DNA of 64,000 bases, taken from assembly GCA_035606845.1 (NCBI GenBank), contig DATNEA010000072.1, positions 24,234 to 88,233 on the forward strand. Reading direction: 5' to 3'. The stretch is from Candidatus Angelobacter sp. Lineage in GTDB: Bacteria > Verrucomicrobiota > Verrucomicrobiia > Limisphaerales > DASXHY01. Below are positions 49,999-59,161 of the stretch, one piece after another (position 1 is the stretch's first letter; each line of letters starts with the position of its first letter). Both the position numbers and the translations under genes were made by a program. Below the pieces are notes generated by a model. The model made no database searches. It saw only the letters and a program-made list of their open reading frames with translations, and was not told where the DNA came from.

Positions 49999-50145
49999 AA
50001 TTAACGCAAAGGCGCAAAGATGTGAAGGCGCAAAGGGCGGAAATTTTATGTGGCAGGTCGTCATTATTTGAGGAGGCGGGCCTTCAGGTCGCGGTTTCTT
50101 CGGTTTAACTTTGCGTCTTTGTTCCTTTGCGCCTTTGCGTTAATT
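49999..50145. repeat. Inverted 9-bp tandem repeat (AACGCAAAGGCGCAAAG ... CTTTGCGCCTTTGCGTT)
   Basis: Inverted arms directly visible upstream of the SET gene. Confidence 0.85.
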
Positions 50146-50222
50146 TCTGTTGCATACAAACGGCTTTAGCGATTTTTTCAATTTTCCCCGAAATAAATGT
50201 TCTCAGTTCCGTCCGTTCCCTC

Positions 50223-50249
50223 TCAAGTCCTCGCGCCATCTTCCGATGA
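50223..50249 (+). promoter_or_regulatory. Sigma28 (FliA) promoter of flagellin 1
   Basis: TCAA-N15-TCCGATGA versus consensus TAAA-N15-GCCGATAA. Confidence 0.75.
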
Positions 50250-50402
50250 AAGGGCATCTCGCGAAAGTGGGATGAAGGCAGCCGGCAGCCTGAAACAGCC
50301 GGCGGTAAAAACGGCGCGCCATCCTTAAAGGCGTGCCCGCGGCATGGACGCTGCGCAAATCAATGCCCCCTTAAATAAGGGGCGAACTCACGGAATAGAG
50401 TT

Positions 50403-51206
50403 ATGGTCATTAATACCAACCTGTCGGCGCAGAGCAGTGCTAACCTGCTCATGCAATCCTCCACTTCACTCAGCAAATCCCTGGCCCGTTTGTCTTCCGG
50501 CTCGAAAGTCACTTCGCCTTCGGATGACAGCGCCGGCCTGGCCGTCTCCATGAATTTGGAGGCGCAAATTGGCCGCGACACCGCGGCTCAAAACAACATC
50601 GGCGATGCCGTTGCGTTCAACCAGACGCAGGATGGCTATCTCCAGCAGGTCACCAACGCCCTCGATCGAATGAGCGAACTGTCCATTCAATCGCAGGACG
50701 TGACCAAATCGGACAGCGACCGCAGCCTGTATCAACAGGAATTCACCACCCTGGCCAACTACGTGAATAACGTGGCGACCAAGGAATTCAACGGCGTGAG
50801 CCTCTTCGATGGCGCCAACCTCAACGTCACCGTCGATAGCGATGCCAATACCTTCACCATGACCGGCGTGGACATGACAAGCGCGACCTTCACGAACCTC
50901 CAATCCGATTCCATCGGGACCACCACCGGCGCCATTGCCGCGCTCACGGATGTCAAGGCAGCGATCTCAACCTTGGCGGCCGACCGCGCGAACATCGGCG
51001 CCAACATCGAGGCGCTGAACAACTATAGCAACCAGCTCTCGACGTTGAATAACAACCTCTCGGCGGCCAACAGCCAGATCATGGATGTGGACGTCGCGCA
51101 GGAAAGCACCAACTACGCGAAATACAACATCCTGGTCCAGACCGGCACCGCCATGTTGGCCCAGGCCAACTCGCTGCCGCAGATCGCGCTCAAGCTGCTC
51201 CAATAA
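50403..51206 (+). CDS. fliC: Flagellin 1 (267 aa)
   Basis: MVINTN, ARLSSG, DDSAGLAVS, RMSEL, IMDVDVAQE, MLAQAN. Confidence 0.95.
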   Translation: MVINTNLSAQSSANLLMQSSTSLSKSLARLSSGSKVTSPSDDSAGLAVSMNLEAQIGRDTAAQNNIGDAVAFNQTQDGYLQQVTNALDRMSELSIQSQDVTKSDSDRSLYQQEFTTLANYVNNVATKEFNGVSLFDGANLNVTVDSDANTFTMTGVDMTSATFTNLQSDSIGTTTGAIAALTDVKAAISTLAADRANIGANIEALNNYSNQLSTLNNNLSAANSQIMDVDVAQESTNYAKYNILVQTGTAMLAQANSLPQIALKLLQ

Positions 51207-51666
51207 AAGCTTAGTCAAAGGCAGGTGGGCAAACCCGGACGGCCTTCGGGCCGTCCGGGAAAAAGGTAAAAGAACCTGCCAACTGAGCGAGCAGAACAAG
51301 CGCAAGACCGGTTTAAAAGCCCAGAGGAAGTACCCGCGATTCAATGAAAAATCGCATCCATCCCAAAGAAACCCGCAGCGACCGATTTCGTTGCAACTCC
51401 CGCGAAGGATCGGCGACCTCCTTCGCGGGACCGCTCCATAGTAGCACGGGCATCTTGCCCGTGCGTTATGCAGCGAAATCCAACCGCCGGATGGAGTCCC
51501 CGGCGGACGATCGTTGCCGGCGCATTAAAAAGTTTCTCCTTCTTCCCGGGGAAAAGGGCAGGGGTGAGGGCGAGCGTCCATCCGTTTTCATCAATGGCGC
51601 TCCGCATTTCTATCGGAGAAACCAGAAGGTCTTACTAACCAGGCTCGTCCAAATGATTTCCACCAC

Positions 51667-51693
51667 TCAAGTCCCGGCAAAAACTGCCGATAC
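51667..51693 (+). promoter_or_regulatory. Sigma28 (FliA) promoter of flagellin 2
   Basis: TCAA-N15-GCCGATAC. Confidence 0.82.
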
Positions 51694-51834
51694 GAAGCTG
51701 TGGAATACCGGCGGCTGGCGGCCTTAAACGGCCAGCAGGGAACAACAGGCGCACGCCCGGGAAAAGAGGCGCCTCGTGGCAGGGATGTCACGCAAATAAA
51801 ACCCCGCAAGGGGTGACTCATGGAAGGAGTCAGT

Positions 51835-52638
51835 ATGGTCATTAATACAAACACATCGGCACAAACAACCGCCTCATTGCTGGCTGGCACCAGCGCCAAC
51901 TTGAGCGCTTCACTGGCACGTCTGTCCTCCGGTTCGAAAGTGATTTCGCCGTCGGACGACAGCGCCGGTTTGGCTGTCTCGATGCGCATCACGGCGGAAA
52001 TGGGCCGCAACACCGCGGCTTCGGACAACATCGGCAACGCCATTTCGTTCAACCAAACGCAGGATGGTTACCTCCAACAGGTAAACAACGCGCTTGGCCG
52101 TATGAGCGAACTGTCGGTGCAAGCGATGGACGTCACGAAGTCGGATGCCGACCGCTCGCTGTATCAGCAGGAGTTCAACACGTTGGCCAATTACGTGAAC
52201 AACGTGTCCACCAAGGACTTCAACGGCGTTAGCTTGTTCGCGGGCGGCAACCTCTCGGTGACGATCGACAGCGACGGCAATACGTTCAACAACACCGGCG
52301 TTGATTTGACCGCGACCACGTACAGCAAATTGGCGAGTGACTCCATTGGCACGACCACTGGCGCCACCACCGCTTTGTCTGACGTCAAGGCGGCCATCAC
52401 CCAGCTCGCGTCTGACCGCGCGAACCTGGGCGCCAACATCGAAACGCTGACGGATTACAACAATCAGCTCTCGACGTTGAACAACAACCTCTCGGCGGCG
52501 AACAGCCAGATCATGGATGTGGATATCGCCCAGGAGAGTACCAACTATGCCAAGGAAAACATCCTCGTCCAAACCGGCACGGCGATGTTGGCCCAGGCAA
52601 ATGCCCTTCCTCAAATCGCGCTGAAGCTTCTGGCTTAA
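51835..52638 (+). CDS. fliC: Flagellin 2 (267 aa)
   Basis: Paralog of flagellin 1; AAGGAG RBS before ATG 51835. Confidence 0.95.
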   Translation: MVINTNTSAQTTASLLAGTSANLSASLARLSSGSKVISPSDDSAGLAVSMRITAEMGRNTAASDNIGNAISFNQTQDGYLQQVNNALGRMSELSVQAMDVTKSDADRSLYQQEFNTLANYVNNVSTKDFNGVSLFAGGNLSVTIDSDGNTFNNTGVDLTATTYSKLASDSIGTTTGATTALSDVKAAITQLASDRANLGANIETLTDYNNQLSTLNNNLSAANSQIMDVDIAQESTNYAKENILVQTGTAMLAQANALPQIALKLLA

Positions 52639-52768
52639 TCAGCTCGTTTGATGGTTCGGTAAAATCGTCGGACGGCGCGCGAGCGCCGTCCGACCTTTCG
52701 GCTTGAACGGACGGTCTGAGTAAAATTGAAAATCACCCCGCGAAGGTGAACGAAACAAAGAAAAAATT

Positions 52769-54598
52769 ATGTCGAGTGTTTCTTCAACCAGCAGTTCGAG
52801 CCTGGGCTCATTCCTGAGCTCCACCGGCCTGACGTCCGTCGGCGGTGCATCCACCATCACCGGCAATTCCTCGCTCGCCCTGTCCGGTCTCGCCTCCGGT
52901 TTTGATTGGCAATCCGTCGTTACGGAATTGGCCAACGCCGAGCGCAATTCCGAGACCCCGTGGAAAACCCAGCAGACCACCATCAACTCCCAAATTTCCT
53001 CGTACAACACCATCAACAGCGCGTTCACCACGCTTCAGACGGACATTCAGACCCTGCAGGATCCGACCTTTTATCAAAGCACGCTGGCAAATACTTCCGA
53101 TTCCACCCTGGCCAGCGCCAGCGCGGACCCGGGCGCGACGCTCGGCAGTTTCACGTTCAATATTTCCCAAATGGCCACCGCCGCGCAAATCAATGGCGCG
53201 GCCAACGTCGGCAAAGTGCTCGCGCCCACTGGCGCGGCGAATGCCGTGATCGGCGCCGCTCCCTTCGCCACGCCCGTCACCGCCGGAACATTTACCATCA
53301 ACGGCGCACAAGTCACCGTGGCCACTACTGACACGTTGCAGGATGTCTTCGATAAAATTGCCGCTGCCACCAACAACACCGTGACCGCCAGTTACAATTC
53401 GACCAGCGACACGATTTCGCTTTCGAGCAGCAGCAGCATCGTCCTCGGCAGCGCCACGGACACCAGCAACTTTCTGCAATCCTCGCTCCTGTTTAACAGC
53501 AATGAAACTGGCACCACTACCCATACCATCACCAGCAGCCTGGCTCTTGGCCACGTGCAAGTCACGGCCAGCCTGGCGAACGCCAATTTGGCGACCGCCA
53601 TTCAGGACGACGGAACCGGGAACGGCGCGTTCACCGTCAACGGCGTGACCATCAATTACAACGCCAGCACGGACAACGTCCAAAACATCCTCGACCGCAT
53701 CACGAACTCCGCCGCCGGTGTCACGGCGAGCTACGATTCGCTGAACAATCGTTTCGTTCTGACCGACAAAGCCACTGGCGATGTCGGCATTTCCATCCAG
53801 GATGTGGCTGGCAAAGGCAATTTCGCCGCCGCCACCGGCCTGGCCACCGGCACGCTCCAACGCGGCCAGGATCTGCTTTACACCGTGAACGGTGGCCCGC
53901 AATTGGTCAGCTCCTCGAATTCCATCACTTCGACGAGCTCCAGCATCAGCGGCCTCTCCGTGACCGCGCTCAAAACCGGTTCCGTCACGGTCAACGTCTC
54001 CAGCGACACGAGCAAAATCAGCTCGGCCATCCAGCAATTCATCACCGATTACAACAACGCCCAAACCGACATCAGCGCGCAGCAAATCGTCTCGACCGAT
54101 TCCTCCGGCAAAGTCACGCCCGGCACATTGACCGGCGATCTGACCGCCAGCAACATCGCCTCCGGCCTTCGTTCGGCCGTGTTTTCCGCGCTGCCCGGAT
54201 TGTCCGGCGCTGTCAACATGCTCTCGGATCTCGGCATCCAAACCAACGGCCAGGACAACACGCTCAAGCTCACCGATTCCACCGCTTTGACCAACGCCCT
54301 CACCAACAACCTGACCGGGGTCAAAACCTTTTTCACGGATCCAACGAACGGCTGGACCAAACAGGTGACCAATTACCTGAACAATACCATCGGCGACAAC
54401 GGCACCATCCCCAACCACCTGGCCAGCCTGAACCAGCAGGTCAACAACCTGAGCACCCAAATCGCCAACATGGAAACGAAAATCACCTCCGATTCCGCCC
54501 ATTGGACCAGTGAATTCCAAGCGATGGAACAAGCCGAAGCCCAGACCAACCAGGAACTCACCTATCTCAACCAGCAAATCAACGCCGGTGGTCTTTAA
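52769..54598 (+). CDS. fliD: Flagellar filament cap protein
   Basis: LSGLASGFDWQSVVTEL N-terminal motif, LSDLGI, C-terminal EFQAMEQA coiled coil; follows the flagellins. Confidence 0.92.
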   Translation: MSSVSSTSSSSLGSFLSSTGLTSVGGASTITGNSSLALSGLASGFDWQSVVTELANAERNSETPWKTQQTTINSQISSYNTINSAFTTLQTDIQTLQDPTFYQSTLANTSDSTLASASADPGATLGSFTFNISQMATAAQINGAANVGKVLAPTGAANAVIGAAPFATPVTAGTFTINGAQVTVATTDTLQDVFDKIAAATNNTVTASYNSTSDTISLSSSSSIVLGSATDTSNFLQSSLLFNSNETGTTTHTITSSLALGHVQVTASLANANLATAIQDDGTGNGAFTVNGVTINYNASTDNVQNILDRITNSAAGVTASYDSLNNRFVLTDKATGDVGISIQDVAGKGNFAAATGLATGTLQRGQDLLYTVNGGPQLVSSSNSITSTSSSISGLSVTALKTGSVTVNVSSDTSKISSAIQQFITDYNNAQTDISAQQIVSTDSSGKVTPGTLTGDLTASNIASGLRSAVFSALPGLSGAVNMLSDLGIQTNGQDNTLKLTDSTALTNALTNNLTGVKTFFTDPTNGWTKQVTNYLNNTIGDNGTIPNHLASLNQQVNNLSTQIANMETKITSDSAHWTSEFQAMEQAEAQTNQELTYLNQQINAGGL

Positions 54599-54759
54599 AC
54601 CGATTTAAACTCCAGCATGCCCATGAAAATCCCGAATTCAAACCGACCCGAGATTTCCTCTCCCTCTCCGCCGCGGAGCGGGGGAGAGGGCGAGGGTGAG
54701 GTGATGCTTAGGGTTCTGCGGGCGAAGCTCATTTTATCTTCAAATTTTTATTTCAAACC

Positions 54760-55443
54760 ATGAATCGCATCACCGTTATCTTCCATTGCCTCACTGCCAC
54801 GGTCCTCTGCATCCTGCTCGCCGGCTGTGCCATCGGCACACCTCGCGACCTCGTTCGCGGCAAAGGCTATCAACCCCAAAACGTTTTTGTCGCCACGAAC
54901 GGTCTGCCAAGCGATCTGCGCCGTGTCGCCATGCTCCCGACTTCCTGCGATGAAAGCGATTCCGTCCTCGTTGATGGCCGCAATGAGCTCCAGCCGATAT
55001 TGATGGAGCAATTGATCAAGACCAAAAAATTCGAAGTGGTCTCGGCCAACTCGGACGCTCTGAAAACCCGCCTGACCCGCGCGGATTGGAGCAGCGAAGA
55101 GCCGTTGCCTCCGGACCTTTTGGCATTGCTGCAGCAGCAATCCGGCTGCGACGCCGTGATGTTTTCGCGTCTCACGGTTTTCCGGGCGTATCCGCCGCTG
55201 GAAGTTGGCTGGCGGATGCGCCTGGTCGACGTCCGCACCGGCCACACCCTCTGGGCCGCGGACGAGATTTTCAATGGCGGCGAAATTTCCGTGGACAACG
55301 GCGCGCGGCGCCATCAATTGACCGAGGAACGTGTCCCCAGCGGCGCCCCGGACGAATGGTTCATCCGGAATTCCCCGGACAAATTCGGCGAATACACCGC
55401 CGCCCGCCTCCTCGCCACCCTGCCGCCCCGCCAACCACAGTGA
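54760..55443 (+). CDS. Uncharacterised lipoprotein in the flagellar cluster
   Basis: Lipobox LAGC; RVAMLP...MRLVDVRTGHTLW suggests a CsgG/TolB-N-like fold. Confidence 0.75.
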   Translation: MNRITVIFHCLTATVLCILLAGCAIGTPRDLVRGKGYQPQNVFVATNGLPSDLRRVAMLPTSCDESDSVLVDGRNELQPILMEQLIKTKKFEVVSANSDALKTRLTRADWSSEEPLPPDLLALLQQQSGCDAVMFSRLTVFRAYPPLEVGWRMRLVDVRTGHTLWAADEIFNGGEISVDNGARRHQLTEERVPSGAPDEWFIRNSPDKFGEYTAARLLATLPPRQPQ

Positions 55444-55556
55444 CACAGGCGTCTCGCCCGTGCGGATGGAAACCACGGGCGAAGAGCATTGAACTGGCTC
55501 GAACGTTATCGCTCGATCCGGACTCTGCGCGAGGCCGGAAACCATCCAAAAACTCC

Positions 55557-55583
55557 TAAAGTTTTCCCCGCAGTTACCGATGT
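55557..55583 (+). promoter_or_regulatory. Sigma28 promoter upstream of flgM-like gene and fliS
   Basis: TAAA-N15-ACCGATGT. Confidence 0.75.
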
Positions 55584-55605
55584 GCCAGATAGGAAATGTA
55601 GTGTT

Positions 55606-55863
55606 ATGGAGATTGACGTAAACCTCAATCGTGTTCCGCCAGTGGAACCCAGCCAGGCCGTTGCCCGTCGCGATGACGCGGCCGCGGCGGACGATACTTC
55701 TTTCCGGCTCACCTCGGCGCTGCAGGATCAATTGAAAAACCTCCCCGCCGTTCGCCCGGACAAGATCGCTCAAGCCCAGGCATTCGTTTCCGACCCAAAA
55801 TATCCGCCCTCAGACGTGCTCGACCGGATCGCTGTTCTTCTGGCCATACGCGTCAAACAATAA
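55606..55863 (+). CDS. flgM: FlgM-like anti-sigma28 factor
   Basis: 85 aa; LPAVRPDKIAQA..SDPKYP..RIA pattern; sigma28 promoter upstream. Confidence 0.6.
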   Translation: MEIDVNLNRVPPVEPSQAVARRDDAAAADDTSFRLTSALQDQLKNLPAVRPDKIAQAQAFVSDPKYPPSDVLDRIAVLLAIRVKQ

Positions 55864-55888
55864 ACAAATCACTCCGCCACGCTAAAAC

Positions 55889-56314
55889 ATGCGCGCTGCA
55901 AATCCCTGGAAGTCGTACCGCGAAACCGCCACCCTGACCGCGCCGCCCGGCCAAGTTGTGCTGATGCTTTTCGAAGGCGCCATCCGTTCGCTCGAACGTT
56001 CCTTGCCCGGCTTCACCAACACCGACCCGGCCGAGTCGAATATGACCATTCATAATAATCTTCAGCGCGCCCAGCAAATCGTTCGCGAACTTAATCATTC
56101 GTTGAACATGGAGCAGGGCGGGGAATTCGCCGCCAACCTCCGCCGCCTCTACAACTATTTCGAAAAACGCATCTGGGAAAGCAACCTCAAGAAAAATCCC
56201 GAAGGCGTTGGCGAAGTCATCCGCCACATCACCGTCCTCCGCGACGCCTGGGCCACCATGCTCGCCAACCAGGGTTCCGCTCCGGACACCCGCGCCGTCC
56301 TGGCTGCCGCATGA
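55889..56314 (+). CDS. fliS: Flagellin export chaperone
   Basis: Y..TATLTAPPGQVVLMLFEGAI, SLNMEQGGEFAANLRRLYNY, LRDAW. Confidence 0.95.
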   Translation: MRAANPWKSYRETATLTAPPGQVVLMLFEGAIRSLERSLPGFTNTDPAESNMTIHNNLQRAQQIVRELNHSLNMEQGGEFAANLRRLYNYFEKRIWESNLKKNPEGVGEVIRHITVLRDAWATMLANQGSAPDTRAVLAAA

Positions 56315-56721
56315 ACTCGGCTCCCACCGTCACCGCCGAGCCGGCCTTGTTCGAAGCCTACGAGGAATGGCGCCAGATTATCGAAGCGGCCGGCGCAGCC
56401 ATCCGCGCGGGCAACTGGTCAGTCGCGTCGGATTGCCACAAACGCATCTCCGTGCTGCAACCGCGCATCACGCGCCTGACGAACGAAACCCGCCAGGAAT
56501 GGCAGCGCGCCGGCGCCGGCCTGAGCGTCAAAGAGCGAAAGCTCCACGCCATTGTTTCAGGCCTCATCGAGCTCGAATTGCAGAACAATTCCTTTTTGGC
56601 CAGCGCCAAGCAATCCGCCCGCAACCATCTCGATCAACTCAGCCGCGCCCGCCAAAACCTCAAGCGCGTCCACCGCTCCTATTCTTCGGTCCGTCCGACG
56701 ACCTGGAATTCGTTCTCCTGA
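56311..56721 (+). CDS. Helical flagellar chaperone-like protein (FliT/FlgN-like)
   Basis: Coupled to fliS (ATGA overlap); all-helical composition. Confidence 0.5.
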   Translation: MNSAPTVTAEPALFEAYEEWRQIIEAAGAAIRAGNWSVASDCHKRISVLQPRITRLTNETRQEWQRAGAGLSVKERKLHAIVSGLIELELQNNSFLASAKQSARNHLDQLSRARQNLKRVHRSYSSVRPTTWNSFS

Positions 56722-56850
56722 CCGTAGCAGCCGACGTAAGGCGGAAGTTAAGATCCAAGCGTCCAAGCTCCAAAAACCGTACGTGGCGGATTGGAATTTG
56801 GCCTTTGGAGCTTGGATGTTGGACGTTTGGTGCTTAATTCTTGAAGTTGC

Positions 56851-57309
56851 TCACGGCCTCACGTCGATATTCGTCCCCTTCACCCCAATCATCTCGCCGG
56901 AACGCCAAGGTATTTCCTTCTTATCAATGGTCAGCACTCGCGGGATCAATTGAACCTCGTGCCCGAACAAATCGAAGACAATCGTCCCCGGCAGGAACGT
57001 CGTATCCATGAACACGCATTTGCCGAACGGCACGTCATAAGGCCACTCTTTCGGCTGGGCAAACACCATCAAAGCATTCGTTTCGCTCGCATTCGTTTCT
57101 CCGGAAAACGTGATCTGCAGATTCGCAATGCCCAAGTTGGTCTCGGTGACCACCAAAGCCGGCGCTCCAGCCGCTGAATTCGTGAAGTGAACCACCCACG
57201 GCCCTTTCCGTTCACGGCGATGCTCAATCCACGTGTAAGCAATGATGTACACGATGATCGCAATCCCGAATGGTATCCAAAGGTGCCGCAGCAAATTATC
57301 TGACTTCAT
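56851..57309 (-). CDS. Hypothetical membrane-anchored protein
   Basis: N-terminal TM helix; FMDTTFLPGT, HEVQLIPR. Confidence 0.7.
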   Translation of the reverse strand: MKSDNLLRHLWIPFGIAIIVYIIAYTWIEHRRERKGPWVVHFTNSAAGAPALVVTETNLGIANLQITFSGETNASETNALMVFAQPKEWPYDVPFGKCVFMDTTFLPGTIVFDLFGHEVQLIPRVLTIDKKEIPWRSGEMIGVKGTNIDVRP

Positions 57310-57667
57310 AAATCCGTCCGCAGAGTACGGAGATTCGACGATTTCACGAGCCGAAAAATGCGCACTCGACAAATCCCGTAACGGCGCCTCGGAAGAGCGC
57401 CGCCATGTTTTTGGGCGGCAGCAGCCACCGTAAGGACGCGTTAGTCAAGCGTTCGGAGCGCGGCTCTGTGAGCCGCAGCAGCATTCCATTTTCACTGGTT
57501 GCCGAATTTGTTCACGGGCATTGCCTCCCACACCTTGCTGCGGGTCGCAGACCCGCGCTCCTTTCGCTTTCGGCAACGCGTTCGTGAGGCTCGAATTGCC
57601 CTCACGCCAACCGTAACATCTAATTTGTTTCGTTGACGTCCCGCCGACGCGCGACTTAACTCCCGGC

Positions 57668-58045
57668 ATGAAAACCGCCGTTCGATGTTTCGCCCTGCTG
57701 GCCGCGCTGGCCGTGACCGGTTGCATTTTTGGCAGACATAAGCAACCGCGGCCGCCAACAGTTGTCAATCTCACCGCCACCAACGCGCCCACTGCGAACA
57801 CTTTCACAATCACGCCCGACCAAAGCATCACGGGCCGCGTCACCTTGGTGAATCCGAACCTGCGGTTTGTCGTGCTCACGTTTCCGCTCGGGCAGATTCC
57901 GCCCGTCGGCTCGCGCATGAACGTCTTTCGCAACAGCGCCATCGTCGGCGAAATCAGCATTACCGGCCCCGCGCGTGAAGACAACACCGTCGCCGATATT
58001 ATATTTGGTGAAGCGCAAAAAGGCGACGAAGTGCGGGCGAAGTAA
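57668..58045 (+). CDS. Hypothetical lipoprotein with a small beta-barrel domain
   Basis: Lipobox VTGC; GRVTLVN..FVVL...GDEVR. Confidence 0.75.
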   Translation: MKTAVRCFALLAALAVTGCIFGRHKQPRPPTVVNLTATNAPTANTFTITPDQSITGRVTLVNPNLRFVVLTFPLGQIPPVGSRMNVFRNSAIVGEISITGPAREDNTVADIIFGEAQKGDEVRAK

Positions 58046-58089
58046 AATTCTGTATCTGTAGGAGCCGACGTGAGAATTCTTCTAAACCC

Positions 58090-58181
58090 TTGAACCGCGA
58101 CATATCAGCGGCTGTGTTCGGCGAGAGGCGCTGGAGCAACTTCTCCCTCTCCCATCGGATGGGAGAGGGCCGGGGTGAGGG
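58090..58181 (+). repeat. REP-like family D (...CTCCCTCTCCCATCGGATGGGAGAGGGC.GGGGTGAGGG)
   Basis: Near-identical copy at ~60310-60399; related copies at ~51535-51572, ~54660-54700 and inside recN. Confidence 0.88.
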
Positions 58182-58231
58182 TTTGGGTTCGGGAGGAGCC
58201 TCTTTTTTGAAGGAGAGGTGATCTCCCGCGC

Positions 58232-58570
58232 TCAATCCTCCGACGTCGCCTTGCGCTCTCCAATCGTTTCCTCGATGGCCTTGACGGTCTTGGGAAGCGA
58301 CTGCCGCTGATACGGCGAATGGAGATTGAAATAGATTCCGCACAACGGCCGCTCGGAATCGCTCTGGCTGAGGATGACCGTGACGTGTTTATCGAGCGCG
58401 ATGCCGTGGCGCAATTGCGGGCCGCGGGTCTCGTACGCGCGAATCGCCTTTGCCATGAGGGATTTCAGGGAGGCCTCGAACTCTTCAGGGATTTTGTCGA
58501 TATTGATGACGTACGCATCATACGCCTTCATTGCCAACGCCATCTCGTCTTTAAACGTCTCAACAGTCAC
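58232..58570 (-). CDS. Hypothetical protein
   Basis: GTG-start ORF with plausible composition (LRHGIALD, PLCGIYFNLHSPY). Confidence 0.7.
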   Translation of the reverse strand: MTVETFKDEMALAMKAYDAYVINIDKIPEEFEASLKSLMAKAIRAYETRGPQLRHGIALDKHVTVILSQSDSERPLCGIYFNLHSPYQRQSLPKTVKAIEETIGERKATSED

Positions 58571-59056
58571 GTATCTTAGAATAGAAAACTTTATGTAAAA
58601 GTGAAGTAAAATCTGGCTTCACCGTGGTTTCCGGCACCTTCCGGCTGTATTTCACCCGACAATGGTCCTGAACCCACTATGTTATCGGTAGAAACGGAGC
58701 GGCCTTGAGTGCCTCACGCAACAAATCACGGGCGGGAACCGTGGGACATTGCCGCGGATATGGAAAGAACTGCGAGGCAAAGAGCGAATGTCGTGATGAA
58801 AATGTAGTGAGCCAGGCTGAACCAATACCGAACAGATTGCTTGTCCCTGGCGTATATGGTTGTGCTTCTCCCCTTCTGAACGGCTGGGGCCAGTCCTTTG
58901 CGCAAGGCTCGAATCACGCGGAAAGCATATACGGCTCAGTCCCATGAAAATCACGGCGAGCCATTCGTCGAACGGTCGATCTGACGATTGAACGTTGGCG
59001 GCAGCGAAAAATATCTCGGGAACCATCAGTAAGAGATCTTCAGGCGGCACGTCGTC

Positions 59057-59159
59057 TCAATCCAACTCCAACTCCTTTTTGACATTGCTCCAAGACATCC
59101 GTGGGCAATGCGCGAAGCTGCTCGATCGCGGATGGAACAAATTCAATTTGGTAGCGCAT
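59057..59159 (-). pseudogene. Fused remnant of a RelE-like toxin N-terminus and an antitoxin C-terminus
   Basis: ATG 2 nt after the hemC stop: MRYQIEFVPSAIEQLRALPTDV, then WSNVKKELELD* in the +1 frame. Confidence 0.6.
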
Positions 59160-59161
59160 TT

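Noticed and set aside
50255..50305. c-di-GMP-I riboswitch in the flagellin 1 leader (GAAA tetraloop hairpin plus second stem)
   Set aside because: It lacks the GGCAAA and GACGCAAA consensus, and the first hairpin is absent from the flagellin 2 leader; kept only as an unexplained leader motif.
58682..59050. Short overlapping ORFs between the hypothetical gene and hemC
   Set aside because: No recognisable motifs; possibly degraded DNA, but no call can be supported.
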